This document shows positions 31,701 through 43,700 of a stretch of DNA of 64,000 nt, piece after piece. Source of the stretch: Eledone cirrhosa (Eukaryota); contig OZ024748.1 in assembly GCA_964016885.1 (NCBI GenBank), positions 43,400,001 through 43,464,000 on the forward strand. The letters are read 5' to 3'. The position numbers were made by a program, and so were the translations under genes. A model generated the notes under the pieces. It saw nothing but the letters and a program-made list of their open reading frames with translations, searched no databases and was not told where the DNA came from. How positions within the stretch are numbered: the first letter of the stretch is position 1; each line of letters begins with the position of its first letter.

Positions 31701-34700
31701 TGCTGTCCAGCTCTCCTGGAGTTCCTTCTCTGAAGACCTTCTGCTGTCCAGCTCTCCCGGGGTTCCTTCCCTCAAGACCTTCTGCTGTCCAGCTCTCCCG
31801 GGGTTCCTTCTCTGAAAACCTTCTACTGTCCAGCTCTCCTGGAAGTTCCTCCTCTGAAGACCTTCTGCTGTCCAGCTCTCCTGGGGTTCCTCCTCTGAAG
31901 ACCTTCTGCTGTCCAGCTCTCCTGGAGTTCCTTCTCTGAAGACCTTCTGCTGTCCAGCTCTCCTGGAAGTTCCTCCTCTGAAGACCTTCTGCTGTCCAGC
32001 TCTCCTGAGAGTTTCTTCTCTGAAGACCTTCTGCTGTTCAGCTCTCCTGGAGTTCCTTCTCTCAAGACCTTCTGCTGTCTAGATCTCCTGAGAGTTTCTT
32101 CTCTGAAGACCTTCTGCTGTCCAGCTCTCCTGGAGTTCCTTCTCTGAAGACCTTCTTCTGTCCAGCTCTCCCGGGGTTCCTTCTCTGAAGACCTTCTGCT
32201 GTCCAGCTCTCCCGGGGTTTCTTCTCTGATGACCTTCTACTGTCCAGCTCTTCCGGGGTTCCTTCTCTGAAGACCTTCTGCTGTCCAGCTCTCCCGGGGT
32301 TCCTACTCTCAAGACCTTCTGCTGGCCAGCTCTCCCGGGGTTCCTTCTCTGAAGACCTTCTGCTGTCCAGCTCTCCCGGGGTTCCTTCTCTCAAGACCTT
32401 CTGCTGTCCAGCTCTCCTGGAAGTTCCTCCTCTGAAGACCTTCTGCTGTCCAGCTCTCCTGGGGTTCCTCCTCTGAAGACCTTCTGCTGTCCAGCTCTCC
32501 CGGGGTTCCTCCTCTCAAGACCTTCTGCTGTCCAGCTCTCCTGGAAGTTCCTCCTCTGAAGACTTTCTGCTGTCCAGCTCTCCCGGGGTTCCTTCTCTGA
32601 AGACCTTCTACTGTCCAGCTCTCCTGGGGTTCCTTCTCTGAAGACCTTCTGCTGTCCAGCTCCCCTGGAGTTCCTTCTCTGAAGACCTTCTGCTGTCCAG
32701 CTCTCCCGGGGTTCCTTCTCTGAAGACCTTCTGCTGTCCAGCTCTCCTGGAGTTCCTTCTCTGAAGACCTTCTACTGTCCAGCTCTGCCAGGGTTCCTTC
32801 TCTGAAGACCTTCTGCTGTCCAGCTCTCCTGGAGTTCCTTCTCTGAAGACCTTCTGCTGTTCAGTTCTCCCGGGGTTCCTTCTCTGAAGACCTTCTGCTG
32901 TCCAGCTCTCCCGGGGTTCCTTCTCTGAAAACCTTCTGCTGTCCAGCTCTCCTGGAGTCCCTTCTCTCAAGACCTTCTGCTGTCCAGCTCTCCCGGGGTT
33001 CCTTCTCTGAAGACCTTCTGCTGTCCAGCTCTCCCGGGGTTCCTTCTCTGAAGACCTTCTACTGTCCAGCACTCCTGGAAGTTCCTCCTCTGAACACCTT
33101 CTGCTGTCCAGCTCTCCTGGAGTTCCTTCTCTGAAGACCTTCTACTGTCCAGATCCCCTGAGAGTTTCTTCTCTGAAGACCTTCTACTGTCCAGCTCTCC
33201 TGGAGTTCCTTTTCTCAAGACCTTCTGCTGTCCAGCTCTCCTGGAGTTCCTTCTCTGAAGACCTTCTGCTGTCCAGCTCTCCTGGAGTTCCTTCTCTCAA
33301 GACCTTCTACTGTCCAGCTCTCCTGAGAGTTCCTTCTCTGAAGACCTTCTGCTGTCCAGCTCTCCTGGAGTTCCTTCTCTGAAGACCTTCTACTGTCCAG
33401 CTCTCCTGGAGTTCCTTCTCTCAAGACCTTCTGCTGTCCAGCTCTCCTGAGAGTTCCTTCTCTGAAGACCTTCTGCTGTCCAGCTCTCCTGGAGTTCCTT
33501 CTCTGAAGACCTTCTGCTGTCCAGCTCTCCCGGGGTTCCTTCTCTGAAGACCTTCTGCTGTCCAGCTCTCCCGGGGTTCCTTCTCTGAAGACCTTCTACT
33601 GTCCAGCTCTCCTGGAGTTCCTTCTCTGAACACCTTCTGCAGTCCAGCTCTCCTGGAGTTCCTTCTCTGAAGACCTTCTACTGTCCAGATCTCCTGAGAG
33701 TTTCTTCTCTGAAGACCTTCTGCTGTCCAGCTCTCATGGAGTTCCTTCTCTCAAGACCTTCTGCTGTCCAGATCTCCTGAGAGTTTCTTCTCTGAAGACC
33801 TTCTGCTGTCCAGCTCTCCTGGAGTTCCTTCTCTGAAGACCTTCTGCTGTCCAGCTCTCCTGGGAGTTCCTTCTCTGAAGACCTTCTGCTGTCCAGCTCT
33901 CCTGGGAGTTCCTTCTCTCAAGACCTTCTACTGTCCAGCTCTCCCGGGGTTCCTACTCTCTTGACCTTCTGCTGTCCTGCTCCCCTGGAGTTCCTTCTCT
34001 GAAGACCTTCTGCTGTGCAGCACTCCCGGGGTTCCTTCTCTGAAGACCTTCTGCTGTCCAGCTCTCCTGGAGTACCTCATCTGAAGACCTTCTGCTGTCC
34101 AGCTCTCCCAGGGTTCCTTCTCTCAAACCTTCTGCTGTCCAGCTCTCCCGGGGTTCCTTCTCTCAAGACCTTCTGCTGTCCAGCTCTCCCGGGGTTCCTT
34201 CTCTCAAGACCTTCTGCTGTCCAGCTCTCCTGAAGTTCCTCCTCTGAAGACCTTCTGCTGTCCAGCGCTTCCGGGGTTCCTTCTCTCAAGACCTTCTGCT
34301 GTCCAGCTCTCCCGCGGTTCCTTCTCTGAAGACCTTCTGCTGTCCAGCTCTCCTGGGGTTCCTTCTCTGAAGACCTTCTGCTGTCCAGCCCTCCCGGGGT
34401 TCCTACTCTGAAGACCTTCTGCTGTCCAGCTCTCCCGGGGTTCCTTCTCTGAAGACCTTCTGCTGTCCAGCTCTCCCGGGGTTCCTTCTCTGAAGACCTT
34501 CTACTGTCCAGCACACCTGGAGGTTCCTCATCTGAACACCTTCTGCAGTCCAGCTCTCCTGGAGTTCCTTCTCTGAAGACCTTCTACTGTTTAGATCTCC
34601 TGAGAGTTTCTTCTCTGAAGACCTTCTGCTGTCCAGCTCTCCTGGAGTTCCTTCTCTCAAGACCTTCTGCTGTCCAGCTCTCCTGAGAGTTTCTTCTCTG

Positions 34701-37700
34701 AAGACCTTCTGCTGTCCAGCTCTCCTGGAGTTCCTTCTCTGAAGACCTTCTGCTGTCCAGCTCTCCTGAGAGTTCCTTCTCTGAAGACCTTCTGCTGTCC
34801 AGCTCTCCTGGGAGTTCCTTCTCTGAAGACCTTCTACTGTCCAGCTCTCCCGGGGTTCCTTCTCTGAAGACCTTCTGATGTGCAGCACTCCCGGGGTTCC
34901 TTCTCTGAAAACCTTCTACTGTCCAGCTCTCCTGGAAGTTCCTTCTCTGAAGACCTTCTGTCTCCAGCTCTCCTGGGAGTTCCTTCTCTGAAGACCTTCT
35001 GCTGTCCAGCTCTCCTGGGAGTTCCTTCTCTGAAGACCTTCTGCTGTCCAGCTCTCCTGGGAGTTCCTTCTCTCAAGAACTTCTACTGTCCAGCTCTCCC
35101 GGGGTTCCTTCTCTCAAGACCTTCTGCTATCCTGCTCCCCTGGAGTTCCTTCTCTGAAGACCTTCTGCTGTCCAGCTCTCCCGGGGTTCCTACTCTGAAG
35201 ACCTTCTGCTGTCCAGCTCTCCTGGGGTTCCTTATCTTAAGACCTTCTGCTGTCCAGCTCTCCCGGGGTTCCTTCTCTGAAGACCTTCTGCTGTCCAGCT
35301 CACCCGGGGTTCCTTCTCTCAAGACCTTCTGCTGTCCAGCTCTCCCGGGGTTCCTTCTCTGAAGACCTTCTGCTGTCCAGCTCTCCTGGAGTTCCTCATC
35401 TGAAGACCTTCTGCTGTCCAGCTCTCCCGGGGTTCCTTCTCTCAAACCTTCTGCTGTCCAGCTCTCCCGGGGTTCCTTCTCTCAAGACCTTCTGCTGTCC
35501 AGCTCTCCCGGGGTTCCTTCTCTCAAGACCTTCTGCTGTCCAGCTCTCCTGAAGTTCCTCCTCTGAAGACCTTCTGCTGTCCAGCGCTTCCGGGGTTCCT
35601 TCTCTCAAGACCTTCTGCTGTCAAGCTCTCCCGCGGTTCCTTCTCTGAAGACCTTCTGCTGTCCAGCTCTCCTGGGGTTCCTTCTCTGAAGACCTTCTGC
35701 TGTACAGCTCTCCCGGGGTTCCTTCTCTGAAGACCTTCTGCTGTCCAGCTCTCCCGGGGTTCCTTCTCTGAAGACCTTCTGCTGTCCAGCTCTCCTGGAG
35801 TTCCTTCTCTGAAGACCTTCTGCTGTCCAGCTCTCCCGGGGTTCCTTCTCTGAAGACCTTCTGCTGTCCAGCTCTCCCGGGGTTCCTTCTCTCAAGACCT
35901 TCTGCTGTCTAGCTCTCCCGGGGTTCCTTCTCTGAAGACCTTCTGCTGTCCAGCTCTCCTGGGGTTCCTTCTCTCAAGACCTTCTGCTGTCCAGCTCTCC
36001 CGGCGTTCCTTCTCTCAAGACCTTCTGCTGTCCAGTTCTCCCGGGGTTCCTTCTCTGCAGACCTTCTGCTGTCCAGCTCTCCTGAAGTTCCTCCTCTGAA
36101 GACCTTCTGCTGTCCAGCTCTCCCGGAGTTCCTTCTCTCAAGACCTTCTGCTGTTCAGTTCTCCCGGGGTTCCTTCTCTGAAGACCTTCTGCTGTCCAGC
36201 TCTCCTGAAGTTCCTCCTCTAAAAACTTTCTGCTGTCCAGCTCTCACGGGGTTCCTTCTCTGAAGATCTTCTGCTGTCCAGCTCTCCCGGGGTTCCTACT
36301 CTCAAGACCTTCTGCTGTCCAGCTCTCCCAGGGTTCCTTCTCTCAAGACCTTCTGCTGTCCAGCTCTCCCAGGGATCCTTCTCTCAAGACCTTCTGCTGT
36401 CCAGCACTCCCGGGGTTCCTTCTGTCAAGACCTTCTGCTGTCCAGCGCTCCCGAGGTTCCTTCTCTGAAGACCTTCTGCTGTCCAGCGCTCCCGGGGTTC
36501 CTTCTCTGAAGACCTTCTGTTGTCCAGCTCTCCCAGGGTTCCTACTCTCAAGACCTTCTGCTCTCCAGCTCTCCTGGAAGTTCCTCCTATGAAGACCTTT
36601 CTGCTGTCCAGCTCTCCCGGGGTTCCTTATGAAGACCTTCTGCTGTCCAGCTCTCCCGGGGTTCCTTCTCTGAAGACCTTCTGCTGTCCAGCTCTCCCGG
36701 GGTTCCTTCTCTCAGGACCTTCTGCTGTCCAGCTCTCCCGGGGTTCCTTCTCTCAAGACCTTCTGCTGTCCAGCTCTCCCGGGGTTCCTTCTCTCAAGAC
36801 CTTCTGCTGTCCATCTCTCCCGGGGTTCCTACTCTCCAGACATTCTGCTGTCCAGCTCTCCTGGAAGTTCCTCCTCTGAAGACCTTCTGCTGTCCAGCTC
36901 TCCTGGGGTTCCTTCTCTGAAGACCTTCTGCTGTCCAGCTCTCCCGGGGTTCCTACTCTCAAGTCCTTCTGCTGTCCAGCTCTCCTGGAAGTTCCTCCTC
37001 TGAAGACCTTCTGCTGTCCAGCTCTACCGGGGTTCCTTCTCTGAAGACCTTCTGCTGTCCAGCTCTCCTGTAGTTCCTTCTCTCAAGACCTTCTGCTGTC
37101 CAGCTCTCTCGGGGTTCCTTCTCTCAAGACCTTCTGCTGCCCAGCTCTCCCGGGGTTCCTTCTCTGAAGGCCTTCTGCTGTCCAGCTCTCCTGGAGTTCC
37201 TTCTCTGAAGACCTTCTACTGTCCAGCTCTCCTGGGGTTCCTTCTCTGAAGACCTTCTGCTGTCCAGCTCTCCTGGAGTTCCTTCTCTGAAGACCTTCTG
37301 CTGTCCAGCTCTCCTGGAAGTTCCTCCTCTGAAGACCTTCTGCTGTCCAGCTCTCCCGGGGTTCCTTCTCTGAAGACCTTCTGCTGTCCAGCTCTCCCGG
37401 GGTTCCTTCTCTGAAGACCTTCTGCTGTCCAGCTCTCCTGGAGTTCCTTCTCTGAAGACCTTCTGCTGTCCAGCTCTCCCGGGGTTCCTTCCCTCAAGAC
37501 CTTCTGCTGTCCAGCTCTCCCGGGGTTCCTTCTCTGAAAACCTTCTACTGTCCAGCTCTCCTGGAAGTTCCTCCTCTGAAGACCTTCTGCTGTCCAGCTC
37601 TCCTGAGAGTTTCTTCTCTGAAGACCTTCTGCTGTTCAGCTCTCCTGGAGTTCCTTCTCTCAAGACCTTCTGCTGTCTAGATCTCCTGAGAGTTTCTTCT

Positions 37701-40700
37701 CTGAAGACCTTCTGCTGTCCAGCTCTCCTGGAGTTCCTTCTCTGAAGACCTTCTTCTGTCCAGCTCTCCCGGGGTTCCTTCTCTGAAGACCTTCTGCTGT
37801 CCAGCTCTCCCGGGGTTCCTTCTCTGATGACCTTCTACTGTCCAGCTCTTCCGGGGTTCCTTCTCTGAAGACCTTCTGCTGTCCAGCTCTCCCGGGGTTC
37901 CTACTCTCAAGACCTTCTGCTGGCCAGCTCTCCCGGGGTTCCTTCTCTGAAGACCTTCTGCTGTCCAGCTCTCCCGGGGTTCCTTCTCTCAAGACCTTCT
38001 GCTGTCCAGCTCTCCTGGAAGTTCCTCCTCTGAAGACCTTCTGCTGTCCAGCTCTCCTGGGGTTCCTCCTCTGAAGACCTTCTGCTGTCCAGCTCTCCCG
38101 GGGTTCCTTTTCTCAAGACCTTCTGCTGTCCAGCTCTCCTGGAAGTTCCTCCTCTGAAGACTTTCTGCTGTCCAGCTCTCCCGGGGTTCCTTCTCTGAAG
38201 ACCTTCTACTGTCCAGCTCTCCTGGGGTTCCTTCTCTGAAGACCTTCTGCTGTCCAGCTCCCCTGGAGTTCCTTCTCTGAAGACCTTCTGCTGTCCAGCT
38301 CTCCCGGGGTTCCTTCTCTGAAGACCTTCTGCTGTCCAGCTCTCCTGGAGTTCCTTCTCTGAAGACCTTCTACTGTCCAGCTCTGCCAGGGTTCCTTCTC
38401 TGAAGACCTTCTGCTGTCCAGCTCTCCTGGAGTTCCTTCTCTGAAGACCTTCTGCTGTTCAGTTCTCCCGGGGTTCCTTCTCTGAAGACCTTCTGCTGTC
38501 CAGCTCTCCCGGGGTTCCTTCTCTGAAAACCTTCTGCTGTCCAGCTCTCCTGGAGTCCCTTCTCTCAAGACCTTCTGCTGTCCAGCTCTCCCGGGGTTCC
38601 TTCTCTGAAGACCTTCTGCTGTCCAGCTCTCCCGGGGTTCCTTCTCTGAAGACCTTCTACTGTCCAGCACTCCTGGAAGTTCCTCCTCTGAACACCTTCT
38701 GCTGTCCAGCTCTCCTGGAGTTCCTTCTCTGAAGACCTTCTACTGTCCAGATCCCCTGAGAGTTTCTTCTCTGAAGACCTTCTACTGTCCAGCTCTCCTG
38801 GAGTTCCTTTTCTCAAGACCTTCTGCTGTCCAGCTCTCCTGGAGTTCCTTCTCTGAAGACCTTCTGCTGTCCAGCTCTCCTGGAGTTCCTTCTCTCAAGA
38901 CATTCTACTGTCCAGCTCTCCTGAGAGTTCCTTCTCTGAAGACCTTCTGCTGTCCAGCTCTCCTGGAGTTCCTTCTCTGAAGACCTTCTACTGTCCAGCT
39001 CTCCTGGAGTTCCTTCTCTCAAGACCTTCTGCTGTCCAGCTCTCCTGAGAGTTCCTTCTCTGAAGACCTTCTGCTGTCCAGCTCTCCTGGAGTTCCTTCT
39101 CTGAAGACCTTCTGCTGTCCAGCTCTCCCGGGGTTCCTTCTCTGAAGACCTTCTGCTGTCCAGCTCTCCCGGGGTTCCTTCTCTGAAGACCTTCTACTGT
39201 CCAGCTCTCCTGGAAGATCCTCCTCTGAACACCTTCTGCAGTCCAGCTCTCCTGGAGTTCCTTCTCTGAAGACCTTCTACTGTCCAGATCTCCTGAGAGT
39301 TTCTTCTCTGAAGACCTTCTGCTGTCCAGCTCTCATGGAGTTCCTTCTCTCAAGACCTTCTGCTGTCCAGATCTCCTGAGAGTTTCTTCTCTGAAGACCT
39401 TCTGCTGTCCAGCTCTCCTGGAGTTCCTTCTCTGAAGACCTTCTGCTGTCCAGCTCTCCTGGGAGTTCCTTCTCTGAAGACCTTCTGCTGTCCAGCTCTC
39501 CTGGGAGTTCCTTCTCTCAAGACCTTCTACTGTCCAGCTCTCCCGGGGTTCCTACTCTCTTGACCTTCTGCTGTCCTGCTCCCCTGGAGTTCCTTCTCTG
39601 AAGACCTTCTGCTGTGCAGCACTCCCGGGGTTCCTTCTCTGAAGACCTTCTGCTGTCCAGCTCTCCTGGAGTACCTCATCTGAAGACCTTCTGCTGTCCA
39701 GCTCTCCCAGGGTTCCTTCTCTCAAACCTTCTGCTGTCCAGCTCTCCCGGGGTTCCTTCTCTCAAGACCTTCTGCTGTCCAGCTCTCCCGGGGTTCCTTC
39801 TCTCAAGACCTTCTGCTGTCCAGCTCTCCTGAAGTTCCTCCTCTGAAGACCTTCTGCTGTCCAGCGCTTCCGGGGTTCCTTCTGTCAAGACCTTCTGCTG
39901 TCCAGCTCTCCCGCGGTTCCTTCTCTGAAGACCTTCTGCTGTCCAGCTCTCCTGGGGTTCCTTCTCTGAAGACCTTCTGCTGTACAGCTCTCCCGGGGTT
40001 CCTTCTCTGAAGACCTTCTGCTGTCCAGCTCTCCCGGGGTTCCTTCTCTGAAGACCTTCTGCTGTCCAGCTCTCCTGGAGTTCCTTCTCTGAAGACCTTC
40101 TGCTGTCCAGCTCTCCCGGGGTTCCTTCTCTGAAGACCTTCTGCTGTCCAGCTCTCCCGGGGTTCCTTCTCTCAAGACCTTCTGCTGTCCAGCTCTCCCG
40201 GGGTTCCTTCTCTGAAGACCTTCTGCTGTCCAGCTCCCCTGGGGTTCCTTCTCTCAAGACCTTCTGCTGTCCAGCTCTCCCGGCGTTCCTTCTCTCAAGA
40301 CCTTCTGCTGTCCAGTTCTCCCGGGGTTCCTTCTCTGCAGACCTTCTGCTGTCCAGCTCTCCTGAAGTTCCTCCTCTGAAGACCTTCTGCTGTCCAGCTC
40401 TCCCGGAGTTCCTTCTCTCAAGACCTTCTGCTGTTCAGTTCTCCCGGGGTTCCTTCTCTGAAGACCTTCTGCTGTCCAGCTCTCCTGAAGTTCCTCCTCT
40501 AAAAACTTTCTGCTGTCCAGCTCTCACGGGGTTCCTTCTCTGAAGACCTTCTGCTGTCCAGCTCTCCCGGGGTTCCTACTCTCAAGACCTTCTGCTGTCC
40601 AGCTCTCCCAGGGTTCCTTCTCTCAAGACCTTCTGCTGTCCAGCGCTCCCGGGGTTCCTTCTCTTAAGACCTACTGCTGTCCAGCGCTCCCGAGGTTCCT

Positions 40701-43700
40701 TCTCTGAAGACCTTCTGCTGTCCAGCTCTCCCGGGGTTCCTACTCTCAAGACCTTCTGCTGTCCAGCTCTCCCAGGGTTCCTTCTCTCAAGACCTTCTGC
40801 TGTCCAGCGCTCCCGGGGTTCCTTCTCTTAAGACCTACTGCTCTCCAGCGCTCCCGAGGTTCCTTCTCTGAAGACCTACTGCTGTCCAGCGCTCCCGAGG
40901 TTCCTTCTCTGAAGACCTTCTGCTGTCCAGCTCTCCTGGAAGTTCCTCCTATGAAGACCTTCTGCTGTCCAGCTCTCCCGGGGTTCCTTATGAAGACCTT
41001 CTGCTGTCCAGCTCTCCCGGGGTTCCTTCTCTTAAGACCTTCTGCTGTCCAGCTCTCCCGGGGTTCCTTCTCTCAAGACCTTCTGCTGTCCAGCTCTCCC
41101 GGGGTTCCTTCTCACAAGACCTTCTGCTGTCCAGCTCTCCCAGGGTTCCTTCTCTCAAGACCTTCTGCTGTCCATCTCTCCCGGGGTTCCTACTCTCCAG
41201 ACCTTCTGCTGTCCAGCTCTCCTGGAAGTTCCTCCTCTGAAGACCTTCTGCTGTCCAGCTCTCCTGGGGTTCCTTCTCTGAAGACCTTCTGCTGTCCAGC
41301 TCTCCCGGGGTTCCTACTCTCAAGTCCTTCTGCTGTCCAGCTCTCCTGGAAGTTCCTCCTCTGAAGACCTTCTGCTGTCCAGCTCTACCGGGGTTCCTTC
41401 TCTGAAGACCTTCTGCTGTCCAGCTCTCCTGTAGTTCCTTCTCTCAAGACCTTCTGCTGTCCAGCTCTCTCGGGGTTCCTTCTCTCAAGACCTTCTGCTG
41501 CCCAGCTCTCCCGGGGTTCCTTCTCTGAAGGCCTTCTGCTGTCCAGCTCTCCTGGAGTTCCTTCTCTGAAGACCTTCTACTGTCCAGCTCTCCTGGGGTT
41601 CCTTCTCTGAAGACCTTCTGCTGTCCAGCTCTCCTGGAGTTCCTTCTCTGAAGACCTTCTGCTGTCCAGCTCTCCTGGAAGTTCCTCCTCTGAAGACCTT
41701 CTGCTGTCCAGCTCTCCCGGGGTTCCTTCTCTGAAGACCTTCTGCTGTCCAGCTCTCCCGGGGTTCCTTCTCTGAAGACCTTCTGCTGTCCAGCTCTCCT
41801 GGAGTTCCTTCTCTGAAGACCTTCTGCTGTCCAGCTCTCCCGGGGTTCCTTCCCTCAAGACCTTCTGCTGTCCAGCTCTCCCGGGGTTCCTTCTCTGAAA
41901 ACCTTCTACTGTCCAGCTCTCCTGGAAGTTCCTCCTCTGAAGACCTTCTGCTGTCCAGCTCTCCTGAGAGTTTCTTCTCTGAAGACCTTCTGCTGTTCAG
42001 CTCTCCTGGAGTTCCTTCTCTCAAGACCTTCTGCTGTCCAGATCTCCTGAGAGTTTCTTCTCTGAAGACCTTCTGCTGTCCAGCTCTCCTGGAGTTCCTT
42101 CTCTGAAGACCTTCTGCTGTCCAGCTCTCCCGGGGTTCCTTCTCTGAAGACCTCCTGCTGTCCAGCTCTCCCGGGGTTCCTTCTCTGATGACCTTCTACT
42201 GTCCAGTTCTTCCGGGGTTCCTTCTCTGAAGACCTTCTGCTGTCCAGCTCTCCCGGGGTTCCTACTCTCAAGACCTTCTGCTGGCCAGCTCTCCCGGGGT
42301 TCCTTCTCTGAAGACCTTCTGCTGTCCAGCTCTCCCGGGGTTCCTTCTCTCAAGACCTTCTGCTGTCCAGCTCTCCTGGAAGTTCCTCCTCTGAAGACCT
42401 TCTGCTGTCCAGCTCTCCTGGGGTTCCTTCTCTGAAGACCTTCTGCTGTCCAGCTCTCCCGGGGTTCCTCCTCTCAAGACCTTCTGCTGTCCAGCTCTCC
42501 TGGAAGTTCCTCCTCTGAAGACTTTCTGCTGTCCAGCTCTCCCGGGGTTCCTTCTCTGAAGACCTTCTACTGTCCAGCTCTCCTGGGGTTCCTTCTCTGA
42601 AGACCTTCTGCTGTCCAGCTCCCCTGGAGTTCCTTCTCTGAAGACCTTCTGCTGTCCAGCTCTCCCGGGGTTCCTTCTCTGAAGACCTCCTGCTGTCCAG
42701 CTCTCCCGGGGTTCCTTCTCTGATGACCTTCTACTGTCCAGTTCTTCCGGGGTTCCTTCTCTGAAGACCTTCTGCTGTCCAGCTCTCCCGGGGTTCCTAC
42801 TCTCAAGACCTTCTGCTGGCCAGCTCTCCCGGGGTTCCTTCTCTGAAGACCTTCTGCTGTCCAGCTCTCCCGGGGTTCCTTCTCTCAAGACCTTCTGCTG
42901 TCCAGCTCTCCTGGAAGTTCCTCCTCTGAAGACCTTCTGCTGTCCAGCTCTCCTGGGGTTCCTTCTCTGAAGACCTTCTGCTGTCCAGCTCTCCCGGGGT
43001 TCCTCCTCTCAAGACCTTCTGCTGTCCAGCTCTCCTGGAAGTTCCTCCTCTGAAGACTTTCTGCTGTCCAGCTCTCCCGGGGTTCCTTCTCTGAAGACCT
43101 TCTACTGTCCAGCTCTCCTGGGGTTCCTTCTCTGAAGACCTTCTGCTGTCCAGCTCCCCTGGAGTTCCTTCTCTGAAGACCTTCTGCTGTCCAGCTCTCC
43201 CGGGGTTCCTTCTCTGAAGACCTTCTGCTGTCCAGCTCTCCTGGAATTCCTTCTCTGAAGACCTTCTACTGTCCAGCTCTGCCAGGGTTCCTTCTCTGAA
43301 GACCTTCTGCTGTCCAGCTCTCCTGGAGTTCCTTCTCTGAAGACCTTCTGCTGTTCAGTTCTCCCGGGGTTCCTTCTCTGAAGACCTTCTGCTGTCCAGC
43401 TCTCCCGGGGTTCCTTCTCTGAAAACCTTCTGCTGTCCAGCTCTCCTGGAGTCCCTTCTCTCAAGACCTTCTGCTGTCCAGCTCTCCCGGGGTTCCTTCT
43501 CTGAAGACCTTCTGCTGTCCAGCTCTCCTAGAAGTTCCTCCTCTGAAGACCTTCTGCTGTCCAGCACTCCTGGAGTTCCTTCTCTGAAGACCTTCTACTC
43601 TCAGGATCTCCTGAGAGTTTCTTCTCTGAAGACCTTCTGCTGTCCAGCTCTCCTGGAGTTCCTTCTCTCAAGACCTTCTGCTGTCCAGATCTCCTGAGAG